This document shows, piece after piece, positions 1 to 12,949 of a DNA stretch of 64,000 bases (position 1 is its first letter; the number at the start of each line of letters is the position of its first letter). Source of the stretch: Podarcis muralis (lineage: Eukaryota); the NCBI RefSeq assembly GCF_964188315.1, contig NC_135673.1, positions 46,500,001-46,564,000 on the forward strand, read 5' to 3'. The notes under the pieces were generated by a model, which saw nothing but the letters and a program-made list of their open reading frames with translations, was not told the DNA's origin and searched no databases. The position numbers were made by a program, and so were the translations under genes.

Positions 1-120
1 AGCAATTACTATGGACCAGATTTGATCATAAATCTTTATCCAACTCATCTAAATATTTTCTTTTCCTTACAATAACCATCCTGGCAGCCAGCAATATATA
101 TACACATACAGATAGATAGA

Positions 121-122
<2 letters not shown>

Positions 123-158
<36 letters not shown>
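123..158 (+). repeat. (AC)18 microsatellite
   Basis: Read directly from the sequence. Confidence 0.95.
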
Positions 159-160
<2 letters not shown>

Positions 161-513
161 AATTATTTATCCAAATAATCCAAAGTCTTCATTTGGTCCA
201 TCCCATATCCCCATGAAAGCTAATGAGGTACCAATTCACTACCTTTCCAAAAGCTGTCACTGAATGATATTCCCACCATAAGCAGAAATGCATGCCTTTA
301 TTTTTTTTTGCAGCAGAAGTACTTTGGAGAGAAATTGGGGCTTATGTACGGTAAGATCACTAGTGTACAATGCCACCTTAAAAATATCTTGAGAGTAGAT
401 TGTTGAATCCTTGCTGAAATTGATTTTTTAGGCCTCTTGTTCCATATTCTTTCCCATTTTATAGGCTCAACATCATAATCAGAATCCTTTTTCTAACATT
501 TTATAACCCTGTT

Positions 514-858
514 AAAGGGACCCCTGACCATTAGGTCCAGTCGTGGCCGACTCTGGGGTTGCGACGCTCATCTCGCTTTATTGGCTGAGGGAGCTGGCAT
601 ACAGCTTCCGGGTCACGTGGCCAGCATGACTAAGCCACTTCTGGCGAACCAGAGCAGCGCACGGAAACGCCGTTTACCTTCCCGCCGGAGCGGTACCTAT
701 TTATCTACTTGCACTTTGACGTGCTTTCGAACTGCTAGGTTGGCAGGAGCAGGGACCGAGCAACGGGAGCTCACCCTGTCGCGGGGATTCGAACTGCCAA
801 CCTTCTGATCAGCAAGTCCTAGGCTCTGTGGTTTGACCCACAGCGCCACCTGCGTCCC
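514..858 (-). mobile_element. Sauria SINE (tRNA-headed), near full length, in a NONO intron
   Basis: The reverse complement starts GGGACGCAGGTGGCGCTGTGGG with a B-box GGCAGTTCGAATCC and ends GGTCAGGGGTCCCTTT. Its 5' half is highly similar to the plus-strand copy at 11533. Confidence 0.9.
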
Positions 859-1864
859 ATAAACCTGTTAGATCATGTCTAATTTTGTTAATATTTTATA
901 AATGTGGATGATACGTCATTTTGCCTTAAATTTATTTGCAAAATCTGGTGTTTAAACTTTATTAAACAGCAAGTTAAAAGAAAGAACTAATTCAGTTTAC
1001 TATAGAGAACATACCTGCCCAAGTTCAAACCAGGAGTGAATATTTAATGTTTATGCAGTTGTACTGTTCATGCTTTATTTTAATGCTTCTAAATTATAAG
1101 GTTTTGATTAAATAAAATTACTGTAACAAGTACTTAAGACTAGGCCTTCTTCCTTCACTGAATTAGCCATTTTATTTTTTTACTTTTGTATTTTTTAAAC
1201 AACTGATTTAAAAAATACAGAATATAAACCAGCTCATCATTGCCCTCCCACCTTGATATATTCCTTTGACACATTATGTATGATTGAAGATCAAGAGTTT
1301 GCACATCTCCTCTTCCTCAGTTCTAGAAATACCAGTCTGGAAGCACAGACTGAGAACATTAACAGGTCAGCTCTGCCAGCATTGTAAGTTCAAAAGTCTA
1401 TGGACAGCAGCCACCAAGAAAGCTCTCAAGAGCTTCTTCATCTCTATGTGCACAGCTGGAAGTTCCATGTGCGAAACTCAGCTAGAACTGAGCAGCTAGG
1501 GATTCTGGAGCTACTTGGGAATCAACTAGCATAATCCATTAAGCTTGCATGCCATAATGGATCACTTCCCTAGGGAAGACATTCTGCTTTCTGCCAGTGA
1601 AACACAGGCCCCCCTGTAAGCAACTGGTTTTCTCACAATCCCCATAAAATTCCAGGACCAGAGGCATTAAGTATGATTCTGTAAGTCCTAACTCAGAAAC
1701 ATCATGAAAGAGTCTGCTTCCACAAAACAAAGTGCCACATGCAGCATTCACAGTGCACACAATATGGAACCATGCACTGGCCATTCAAGCCCACGTGGCT
1801 AGCATTAAAAGCAGCACTACTTTCGCCAAGCCATAGGAATCCTTAGCACACTATAGCCACTCAC

Positions 1865-3707
1865 CAGCCTGATAAAGCCAAAGCCTTTGTCCTTATGAAT
1901 GAAGACTTCTCCAGCCTTCCCATATTTTTCAAAGAGCTTCCTCATCTCTTCTTCTGTGATATCAGGGGGCAGGTTCCCCACAAATAGGCGACTTCTCTGT
2001 GTGAAGGTCTTTTCGCCAGGTTTTCGGAAATTCTTCATGTCAATTGTCAGGCCTTCATCTGAGGGGAATAAGGTACAGAATCGCTCTACAAAATTGGGGG
2101 AACAAACGCTGAGTGTTAACACATTGAAGAGCACAAAGGTCAGAACATTCACCAAGTCTCCCAACACACATCCAGTCTTAACTATTTTAGCAGCAACTGC
2201 AGGTCAACACAAGTCGGAGGCCCTGGGAGTCGGAGTCAGCCCCATAGCAGCCTTTGCCCTGCGCAGATGAAAGATATGGCCCATTGACTGAAAATGCAAA
2301 GCCACCTGCAGGACAGCCAGAGCACTGCAAATGCTGGAAGGATAGGTCCAAAACAAAGATTTTTAGCAGCACTTACATGACAGTGCTGGAAGGAAGCTTT
2401 CTAGCACACAGCAGCAGATGGGAGAGTGGGGCTCCAAATACAGCCTGCAAATTTACAATCTGGAGGAAGCAACTCAAGATACAGTCAAATAGCAATGCCA
2501 GTTAGAACACATTACCCATTGTCTTAAAAGACTGATCAGAATCAAAGCCCAACACCAGTCTTTCTGGGTGTTTGAAGGAGGCCACATATTGCTGTGATAG
2601 AAAAAGGACTCGAGCATTAAGAGGTGAGAAAGTGCTCAGTAGCCAGAGGAACTGCAGCAAATGAAGAAGCAAGCATCCAAGTCCAGTTGTAGAAAGAAAG
2701 CCATAGTGTTCATTAAGTGCAGAAAGAAGCAAACCATCTTAGAAAGCAACCCAATCAGCCACAGAAGCATAAGCTAAGCCATGTCTCCATCCACCATTTA
2801 GCTATACCTATAATCTACAAAGCCCTGAACTCCTAGCAATTTAAAAATAATCATGCATTCTTAGGCCACTAGCAACCAAATCATTAAGTTATGCCAGCTT
2901 AGTTTGCAAGTCACATTAAAGTATAAGCAATCCTCATGTGCTGAAGGGATTTGCTGTTAATGCTAATATTGGGAAAGGGGGCGATACACCCTTTAAGAGT
3001 CAATCCAACAGTAACCTCTGGTGACCTGAGGCAGACATGTTAAGCACCTATCTAAAGTCGCAAGAAATCACACCAGATCTGGTTGAAAAATTCCCACCTC
3101 ATATATGCTTTCTGTGTCACTGAGCTTGTTCTCACCAGCCTAAGACTTTCAAACCAAGCTGTGATTCAATCATGCAACTGACCAACAGTAGTTTTGAAAA
3201 CAGTAGCTTCTGCAAGTACACAATGAACAGAATATTTTTGGAGCACACAGTGGTGACCAGGTCCAAAGGAAGACTAATACCTTGCACTATCTATAGGAGA
3301 TCTAACCATATGACTATGACATCTCCAAAGACACCAAAATGACTTGTATGGGTTTGTTCCACTGGCCACTCACAATCAGTTTGTGTGTAATTCCCTGGAG
3401 CCAGAGGGTCACTTCACACTTTATAAACAAGTAAAGGTGAAATAAAGTGCAATCACAAGCCTCCCATGTGGAAGAGAATTGGAACAGGTGCTGTGTTTTT
3501 CAAACTGTATCCCAAATGAAGTGCTGCAAGAAAGGACACCACCTCCAGTGTGGATGTTACCCAAGGAAGCTGCCACTCACTTTGGTTGTTGGCCTGCTGT
3601 CCATTAGCTGGGGGAGGTTGTTGTTGCTGCTGTTGCTGTTGGTGCTGATGCTGCTTCCTCGGAGTGTGGTTTTGCTTCTCCATAGCGAAGCCCTTGTTGC
3701 CCTGCAT
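1865..3707 (-). CDS. NONO: NONO/p54nrb (DBHS family), N-terminal part. Coding exons 3707-3581 (127 nt) and 2058-1865 (194 nt); the gene continues beyond the left edge.
   Basis: Spliced translation [23 protein letters not shown]8[77 protein letters not shown] matches the recalled NONO N-terminus and RRM1. Acceptor AG at 3717-3716, donor GTGAGT after 3581 (phase 1, A+AT=Asn), acceptor AG at 2060-2059, donor GTGAGT after 1865. Confidence 0.97.
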
Positions 3708-4069
3708 CTTCAAAGCTGGGAGGGGAAAAATAATTAAATATAAGTACAATGAACCCACAACCACAGTGTCAGAGCACACATTTTTCTTCCCACAAGATCA
3801 GGGGTTCAAATACCAGCACCTTCTGTTACAAATGATCTTTCCTGATGGAGTTGGAGGTGGGGGACTGTGTGTCTGGTACTTTGGAGAGCTGCTAACAAAT
3901 CCAATCCAGTGGGTGGCAGCTTTGTTAGCTCACAAATGGAAGAAGCCTCAAAGCTCAGGGCAGAATATGTGCTTTGCTTGCAGAGGGGTCCACTTTTACT
4001 CCTTGGCTTCACCAGCTGAGAACTGCTCTCAAGTCATAGGGCTAGAAAGAGACTATGGGAAGTCACTAA

Positions 4070-6600
4070 TAAATAGTATTAATAATAAATTATTTATACC
4101 CCGCCCATCTGGCTGGGTTCCCCCAGCCACTTTGGGCGACTCCCAACAGAATATTAAAAACACGGTAAAACATCAAACATTAAAAACTTCCCTAAACAGG
4201 ACTGCCTCAGGTGTCTTCTAAAAGTCTGATAGATGTTTATTTCCTTGATATCTGATGGGAGGGCATTCCACAGGGCAGGTGCCACTACCGAGAAGGCCCT
4301 CTGCCTGGTTCTCTGTAATTTCACTTCTTGCAGTGAGGGAACCGCCAGAAGGCCATCGGAGCTGGACCTCAGTGTCCGGGCTGACCAATGGGGCTGGAGA
4401 TGCTCCTTCTGGTATACTGGGCTGAGGCCGTTTAAGGCTTTAAAGGTCAGCACCAACACTTTGAATTGTGCTCAGAAACATACTGGGAGCCAATGTAGGT
4501 CTTTCACGACCAATGTTATATGCTCTTGGCAGCCACTCCCAGTCACCAGTCTAGCTGCCACATTCTAGATTAGTTGTAGTTTCCGGGTCACCTACAAAGG
4601 CAGCCCCACATAGAGCGCATTACAGTAGTCCAAGCAGGAAATAACCAGAGCATGCACCACTCTGGTGAGACAGTCTGTGGGCAGGTAGGGTCCCAGCCTG
4701 CATACCAGATGGAGCTGGTAGACAGCTGCCCTGGACACAGAATTGAACTGTGCCCCCACAGACAGCTGTGAGTCCAAAATGACTCCCAGGCTATGCACCT
4801 GGTCCTTCAGAGGCACAGTTACCCCATTCAGGACTAGGAGTCCTCCACAACTTTCCACCCCGTCCCCCAAAAACAGTACTTCTGTCTTGTCAGGATTCAA
4901 CCTCAATCTGTTAGCTGCCATCCATGCTCCAACTGCCTCCAGACACTCACACAGGACATTCACTACCTTCACTGGTTCTGATTTAAAAGAGAGGTAGAGC
5001 TGGGTATCATCCGCATACTGATGAACACCCAGCCCAAACCCCCCGATGATCCCTTCCAGTGGCTTCATATAGATATTAAAAAGCATGGGGGAGAGGATGG
5101 AACCCTGAGGCACCCCACAAGTGAGAGCCCACTCATCCCCCAACACCACTTTCTGGACACAGCCCAGGAGGTAGGAGCGGAGCCACTGTATAATAGTGCC
5201 CCCAGCTCCTCTAGACGGTTCAGAAGCATGCCATGGGTGATGATGTCAAAGGCCACTGAGAGATCCAGAAGAACTAGGAGACAGCTCATTGACCAGCATG
5301 ACCAAAGCAGCTTCAGTCCCATGATGAGGCCTGAATCCTGACTGGTAGGGACCCAAATGATTCGCATCCTCCAGGCGTGCCTGGAGTTGTTCAGCAACCA
5401 CCCGCTCAATCACCTTGCCCTAGCATGGAAGATTTGAGACTGGGTGATATTTGGCCATATTGGCTAGGCCCAAAGATGGTTTTATAAGAAGCGGTTTAAT
5501 AACTGCCTCTTTCAGCGGGTCTGGGAAGGCTCCCTCACAGAGGGAAAAATTCACCACCCCACAGAGCCCATTGCCCAGCCCTTCCCGGCTCACTTTTATG
5601 AGCCAGGATGGGCAAGGATCAAGGAGATAGGTGGTCAGTTTCACTCATCCAAGCAGCCTGTCCACATCCTTGGAGGTAACAGATTGGAGTTGATCCCATG
5701 CAACTTGACTAGACAGGAGTCTAGCACTCTCCCGCCCCAGCCCTGCTTCCACAGTGGAATCTACCTCTTTCTGAATCTGAGCGACTTTATCTGCAAAAAA
5801 CTTTGCATAATCATTGCATGAGATCTTGGGGACCTTACCAGGCCCCAATGGCGAAGGTGGTTCCGTTAGACTGTGAACCACCTGAGTCTCCTGCTGCTGT
5901 TTTCTGCAGATGCAATAGAGGCGGTGAAGAAGGTCCCCTTCGCCGATGCTATCGCCACTTGGTAGGCTCAATGCTGATCTCTAACCCGTGTTCGGTCTGA
6001 TTCAGAATGAGTTTTCCGCTACCAGCATTCTAGCCGCCTCAGCGATTATTTCATCGCCCTCAGCTCTGGAGAAAACCACGAGGCTGTCTGGGCTCCATGC
6101 AATCGGAAGGAGGGAGCTTCACAGTCAATAGCCCTGGTTAACTCTGCACCAGGGAATCAGCTGGAAGGCCATCAACATGGGATAAAATATCCCCTATCAC
6201 TCTCTGGAAACCATTTGGATCCATTAAGTAGCAGGGGCGGACTGTCCGAATTGGTCCCATCCAGCACCGAGCTAAGCAGGCCAACAGCTGCAGTCCAGAG
6301 AGCAGAAAACAGCAGCTTGGGTTGACTGGCCATATCTCAAGCAGGTCCAAAGTCACCTGTGTGGCACACAAGAAGAGCCCTGCTGGACCAGCATCCTATC
6401 TCTTTGCAGTGGAGAACGTGATACCTCTGGGAAGCTCACAGGGCAACAACCCTCTCCCACCATTGTTCCCCAGCAACTGGCATCCAATAGGCATGTTGCC
6501 TCTGGTCCTGGAAATCATACACAGCTCATTATTGCTAACGACCAATGCCACATATCTCCTCCTTTGCGAGTTTTCCCATTCCTCATCTGAAGCCACCTAC
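4070..6600 (-). mobile_element. L2-clade LINE, degraded ORF2 (endonuclease remnant plus RT), in the NONO 5' intron
   Basis: Broken ORFs with RT motifs GVPQGSILSPMLFNIYM and HQYADDTQLYLSF (4592-5149), LLDLSVAFDII (5065-5409) and YHPVSNLP (5420-5644). AT-rich (AAT)-type tail near 4070-4095. The 5' boundary is uncertain. Confidence 0.9.
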
Positions 6601-6899
6601 CTCAACAACCGCCATAACATCTTAATGCCAGCCAAGTTCAGAGTTTCACTATACAGATGTGTGAATATGTCTTTCCTTTTGCTGAATTGTTTCACTGGGT
6701 GCTGCTAGGCCAGGCAACTTTTGCCAAAGCGATTCCCCTGCAGGTGATTTCGAGCTACAACCACCCTCAGGTGTACTGACTCGCCTCCACGGGAGCAGCT
6801 GCCCGGAAACACTCAGGGGGGGCTCCAGGCTGACAAAGGCAGCGCTAGCAACACGAAGGAGCCAACAAACAAAAAGCCCTGCTCTGTCAGGCATCCCCC

Positions 6900-8320
6900 A
6901 GAAAGCCCTGGACCTGGCCGAGGTCCCCTACTCCCCACACCGCCGCGCGCAAACAGCAACCATCCAGCAAGCTGGCTCCTTCATAAACACGCGGCCTCCG
7001 ATTCCGGGAGGCGATGCCACTACTCCGCGGAAGCCTCAGGACGGGTCGCTAAACAAAGCCCCAAAATACATAATGAAAACAAGCAGCAGGCAAACCAATA
7101 GCCCTCCCCCTTCAATATACACACACTCCGCCCCACCTTACTAGTGTACTACTACCGCCGAAAGCTTTCCCGCCGGCCCCACCCGCCCCGAGAACCCAGA
7201 AAAGGCAGCGGACAGCCTGGCCCCACCACGGATCTCGCCCCCTCCTTCTCGCCGCAGCTTCCGCGGTCCAAAACCGGAGGCTGCCTCCCTTCGCCGCGCA
7301 CGAGACTTCGCCGCCGGACCTCCGTTCCTCGGAACCGGTCCCTCGGGTACTTGCCCGGCAATCGGGACAGGGAGGAGGCAGCGCCGACTTCTTCCAAACC
7401 CCTGAAGAGAGAGAGGTGGACGGGGCGAGAAGAGGGGCGAGGGGTCTTTTGGGGTGGGGGGGCTCCCAGACCAGGCGTGAGGGGGAGGTAGGCCGCGCAT
7501 GCGCTCGCTCGCTCACTCACTCACTCGGTCGCTCGCTCGCTCCTGCCTTGCCCGCGGCTGCTTCTTCCTTCACCTCAGGCGGCGGCGAAGAGGCCCAGCG
7601 GCACTACAGAAGCCCCGGCCTAGATTTGCCCGCCTTTGCTGGCAGGTGCCTTTCTTCTCCTCCGCCCCCGCCTCGTCCCTCAGCCGGACCCCGGCTCGCA
7701 AATGCCGCGCCTGCTTGCTCGCCGGCCGGCCAGCCAGGCAGCCTCGGCCTCCTCACCTCAGGAAAAGCCGCTGAGAGGAACGAGGGAGGAGGAAGAGGAG
7801 GGGGGTCCGCCAAAAAGAAGCGGGGGGAGGGGAAAAGGCGCGCGCGGCCGGAAACCGTTCACCCGTGCTTGCTGCGCTCGTCCCGCCTTCCGCCGCCGAA
7901 CTGATTGGCCGACGGGGCTCCGGCGGGCTTGCGCTGAGTGGCCGCTGGTGACGCCGGTCGGTGGCGTTCGCCTGGGCGGGGGCGGGCTCTCGCGCGTCCT
8001 ATTGGCCGCGCTCATCGCCCCCCCGCAGCCCGCGCAAACAGCAGCCAATGGCGGGCTGAGGAGCGTTTTAGGTCCCCCCCCCTCTCTGTGCCTCTTTCCC
8101 ACAGCAAGGTTTGGGTGAGAGGCGAGAAAGGGACAAAGGGGGCAGGAAAAGGGGAGGCGGTGGGTGGCTGGAAATGAGGAGCGAGCGTCGTGACGGCGCC
8201 GCGGGGCCCTGCGCAGGCGCGGTAGAAAAAGGCGCTGTTCCTTAAAGCAGCAGTACCGCGGATTTGGGTCCGTCTGCAGGGGGCGTTGGAGCGCGCTCTG
8301 GCGTTAAAGTCCCTGCCTTT
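6900..8320 (-). promoter_or_regulatory. CpG island / NONO promoter
   Basis: Very GC- and CpG-rich. CCAAT motifs near 7905, 8001 and 8045; GC boxes (GGGCGG ~7975-7985); ETS-like CCGGAA ~7848; perfect NRF1 palindrome GCGCATGCGC at 7495-7504. Confidence 0.85.
7757..7860 (-). other. NONO: Probable non-coding first exon of NONO
   Basis: Lies in the CpG island with a strong donor CCTGAG|GTGAGG (GT at 7756-7755) and a pyrimidine-rich start, downstream of CCAAT/GC boxes. The TSS position is approximate. Confidence 0.6.
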
Positions 8321-8599
8321 CAAGCATGTTCAAATACGTACTGTGCATAAGCGTGGGCGGGTGGAACTCTTGTCCACATGATGCCCAGGAGCAGCTGCAA
8401 AAATGTGCTGGGTTTGGCAATAGGATTGTGCGCACCGATCCTGTGCATTATTTTTTTCCACTTAAGAGGGAGGTAAGTGCGGTTTAAAAACTCAAAAATG
8501 CATAAAATAGTAGCAAGCAAAACAGTACCTCCGTCCAATAATGGTTTTGGGAAGGTGGTTTACAGCCCAATATTCATTGCATCTATATCCCACTTTTTC

Positions 8600-8780
8600 C
8601 TCCAAGGATATCATGGTGGCTCACACCACTCTCAATTAATCCCAACAGCAACCCTGTGAGGTAGGTTAGACTGAGTGGCCCAAGGTCATACCCAATGAGC
8701 TTTATGTTCAAGTGGGAATTCAGACCCTGGTCTCCCAGGTCCTGGTCCGTCACTCTAACCACTACACCGCCCAGTCTCCC
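8600..8780 (-). mobile_element. tRNA-derived (CORE/MIR-like) SINE
   Basis: Reverse complement of the head and body seen at 22607-22830 (TGGTTAGAGTG...CCAGGGT(T/C)TGAATTCCC...CTAACCTACCTCACAGGGTTGCTGT). Confidence 0.75.
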
Positions 8781-11532
8781 CTAGAACATAACAATGTATG
8801 CCTATACTTACCATCATATATAATACAAAAATTGGAACAGTTGCATAAATTCAGTTATAATAAAAAGGAATGCTTAATTCAATATGGATGGATGGATTCA
8901 GCTAACCTGGTGCGCCAGCAGAGAGCAGTTCAAGGGCTCCTGCATGACACGTTTTCCCACCTTAAAGTAATAATGCGTAAAATGCAGCAAGTGTTTCCTT
9001 GGAAGTAAGGCATGTGTTCAGCCTGGCCTATTTCCAAGTTATTGTTTGGGATTGCTACTGTACACTAGGGCATGTTTTTCACAAATCTCAAAATACGTTG
9101 TAGTAGGGAAGTTACTACAAAGTACGGTATAAACAGAAACAAAGGCATAGTAGAAACAAAAGCAAAAGTGACTGTACAGTAATAGTTCTGTTGGGAGAGC
9201 ATGGTGCTGATAACACCAAGGATGCAGATTCAGTCCCCCTACGGAACAGCTGCATATTCCTGCATTTTTAGGGGGTAGGACTAAATGATCCTCAGGGTCC
9301 CTTCCAACTCTGCTATTTTATGCGTCTATGATTCTTTGCTTTGATAGACAGCCTATATGTGAAGAGGGGAGTCTGCTTACCTAGAGATTATTGAGAAAAT
9401 GCCAAGAATGTTTGTGCTGGGAAAACTCGACCTTGTACTTCTGCCTGACAATTATTCAGCTCTGATAATGCAGGCCGGCTTTTCCTCTGATAATGTGAGT
9501 TACTTTCTACACATGTGTAAAGCTAAGGTGAGGGAACGTCTGTGTAATGTTTAGGCCTGTGAATCCCACTTTTGTGGGTTCCCTAGTGGCTGTTGTTGTT
9601 GAGACCAAATAAAGCAGTCTCAAACATCACAACTGGTGTGGCTGATTGAAGAAAACCCAACCTGGGAAAAAGCCTAATTGAATACAGTGGGCTTACTTCT
9701 GAGTAGACACCTAGAGGCTTGCATAATAAATTAATATGCACATCTACTGATGTGATGAGGTGAGAAATGCAGATAATGAGTTTTCAGGAGGGAAGAAGAG
9801 GAGACAAGCTGCACTGGATTGGGAGTCTGCGGGTGGGAAGTGTGGGAAAAATCCATGAAGGCACAATTTTTATTGGACTTTTATGTTGTTACTGTAGCAC
9901 TGTGCAATAATACAAGCTTCTAGGTTAAGCTGAACTCTTCAGCAGGCCCAAGGGGAAAATAACATTTTGTGTATGTATACAATAATACTGTACTGCAATC
10001 CTGTGCATAGTTACTGTACTTGGAATTTGCCTTATTGATCTGCCTTATTTCCAGGGATCTGTGCTTAGGGGCACACTGCACAACTCACTAAGGATTTCAG
10101 TATTTTAGTGGCTTCAGAATATGGGATACCTTCCAATCCCCTCCCCATTACACTAGAAAATACACTGAATTGTTACAAGCTAAAAACCGGAGTAAGAGCA
10201 TCTGTAGCCATCATTTTTACAAGTACTTAAGATTGTGCTGTTGTCTCATTCTGCTTGATAAGCTTTAGTGTAATATTAAGCTTGTGTATGCTTCCCCCCA
10301 AAAAAATGTCTATAAAAGGTATGTATGTATGTATGCATGTATGTATGTATGTATTTATGTATTCATTCATTCATTTCCCTATTGGTTGGTTGGTTGTAAG
10401 ATGCTTTCCATTGCCTTGGATAAGATAAACTCACCAACTAATAATAATAATAATAATAATACTAAAAATAATAATAGGTTGCTGGGGCTCGCTCTCTTCT
10501 CAACTTCGTGACAGCCAGCACTTCTGAAGGAGAAGGGACAGGCATAATTTGAACCCAGGGCCACCAATGCTAGGTGGAAGTAACCAGCCAGTTGGATTCC
10601 AGCAGGGCTTTGCAGGACGTGGCCTTACCTCTCCACCCCAGTTTGCAAAGAATAGCCAGACCCCCTCCAGCGAGTCATTCATTATGTTAAATATGCCCAT
10701 GGATAGTGTATTTGCCTCGATCATTGTACTGGCCCCCGTTGGAAGATGCAATACCTGGGCTCCCAACACTTTTATTGCTAAAGGCTTGGATGCATAGGTC
10801 AGTGGGATACACGAGCAGCCAGGTGACAAGCATTCAGATGGACAGGTGCAGCACAGGCTAAGCACATGGTGAGGTGTCAAGAAGCCCCCAGCACTTGACA
10901 TTTCCCCAAAGTCCCTTTCTGAAGATCACAGTTGTTTACGTGGTGGTTGTTCTGAGCCACAGGACCGGGAAAGCAAGCTGGCACCCCTTTCAGCAGATCT
11001 GTTTTCACCAGAGCAGCCTCTGTATCCTTGGTGATGGAGGCAGGCTCCACAAGGCCAGCTCACTGCCTGCTTTGTCCCCAGGCACCTTCCTGGAGGGGGA
11101 AGGCTCTTAGCCAGTCATGTACATCTGCTGTAACCCAGTGTTTGGGGTGTCCAGTAGCACTGAGGTGGGCTACTCCCATGACTGTCCACTTGGCCCCTCC
11201 CCTAGACGTGGATCAGTGTCTTCCAGCTCGCTTGGAGAATTTGCAGCGACCACTTGTTATACACATTAGCAACTTAACATACATATGAAATTCCCCTTAA
11301 CATACATATGTAATTATGCTTCCTTTCCCCACAGATGTGCAAACACAAAGAATTGTTCAATAAATCTGTATACCGAGTATGTGAGTGCATGTGACAGAGT
11401 GATGAAGATTGATAACTGTATAAATATACAATCAACTCAATATTCAAAAATCTGGCCATCCTTTTGGTTACCAAATATCATTCCATCCTATTTTCCTATA
11501 CAAATTAATTATAGGTTAGTACCAATCAAAGC

Positions 11533-11888
11533 GGGACGCGGGTGGCGCTGTGGGTAAAAGCCTCAGCACCTAGGGCTTGCCGATCGAAAGGTCGGCGGTT
11601 CGAATCCCTGCGGCGGGGTGCTCTCCCGTTGCTCGGTCCCAGCGCCTGCCAACCTAGCAGTTCGAAAGCACTCTTAAGTGCAAGTAGATAAATAGGGACC
11701 GCTTACTAGCGGGAAGGTAAACGGCGTTTCCGTGTGCTGCTCGCCAGATGCAGCTTGTCACACTGGCCACGTGACCCGGAAGTGTCTCCGGACAGCGCTG
11801 GCCCCCGGCCTCTAGAGTGAGATGGGCGCACAACCCTAGAGTCTGTCAAGACTGGCCCGTACGGGCAGGGATACCTTTACCTTTACCT
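11533..11888 (+). mobile_element. Sauria SINE, full length, with a 13-bp target-site duplication
   Basis: Starts GGGACGCGGGTGGCGCTGTGGG, has B-box GGCGGTTCGAATCC and ends in (ACCTTT)n. TACCAATCAAAGC occurs at 11520-11532 and 11889-11901. Confidence 0.93.
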
Positions 11889-12949
11889 TACCAATCAAAG
11901 CATCACATATAATCAAGCAGATTACAATGATAACATATATATAACTTGATCCCTGGGATCCAGTCCCTCCCAGTTTCATTCTCATCCCAGTCCTCCTCCC
12001 TCTCTGGCCAGTCCTACCAAGAGGTCTCTACAGGACTCATGATATTACCCCCTTGTCCAGGTGTCCCCTGCAAGTCTCCCTCTCTCTGCAGGGCACAAGC
12101 CTGGGTAGTGTGTCTGGAGGTCCTGGGCTGCCCAGATGACAAGACCCCCCCCTTTCGCCCTCGATTATGAGGTCCAAAGGAAAGCAGAGCAAGATGTTTG
12201 ACACCAGCTGGGCTGTAGGAGTTGCCAGAAGGAGGCCTACAAGGCGCCATCCAATCCGCCTTAGGGACTCCAGATTTCTGTAGCTTTACTCCTTGGCCTT
12301 TTCTTCTCCTGAATATATCCCACAAGACAGTGGAGGTTTAGGGTCAGAGTTTTTATTCTCCAAGATCTTCTACCTTCCCAGATGGTTGAGCCCCATCCAC
12401 CCCTCACTTCCCTCTACATGCAGAAACTGCCTTCTTGACCACTGGGCCTGCTATTGGACTTGTCCGTTCACTCAGCTGGAGCCTGTCTTCGCTTGCAGGG
12501 TTAGTCCCTAGCTCACCAAGGGCTTGAGACCCATTGGCTCCCCTCACCTGGTTTAGCCAGCAATCAAAGCTACTCCAAGGGTGTGGCCGCTGTTGCATGC
12601 TGACAACTTATCAGAGCCCCAGAGCTGAGTGCAGGGGGGGGGGGGACCAAAGGTGGACAAACTACCCTGGAAGCAGTACGATGTGTCCCCCACCAGAGAT
12701 ACTGCCCCTGCCCTAACACTCCATACACCCCACACAACTCCTAAGACTTGAGCTTCTCTGGATAGCAACCATAAAATGAAGAGTTGTCTGCACATCGTCC
12801 GGCAGCTGCCATAACTTGTATTGTATTTGGGCCCATAGCCCTTCCAATGAATTATTTTTATTGTTAAGATTTATTAATTTTACCTGCTCATCACCCCAAG
12901 GCCGGTTACAACAGTTGAAACACAATGCTATGTTTAAAACAACTTAAAA

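Noticed and set aside
3136-3177. Possible 42-nt poison exon in a NONO intron (good donor CTG|GTGAGA, in-frame TGA)
   Set aside because: The pyrimidine tract is weak and conservation cannot be assessed without alignments or reads.
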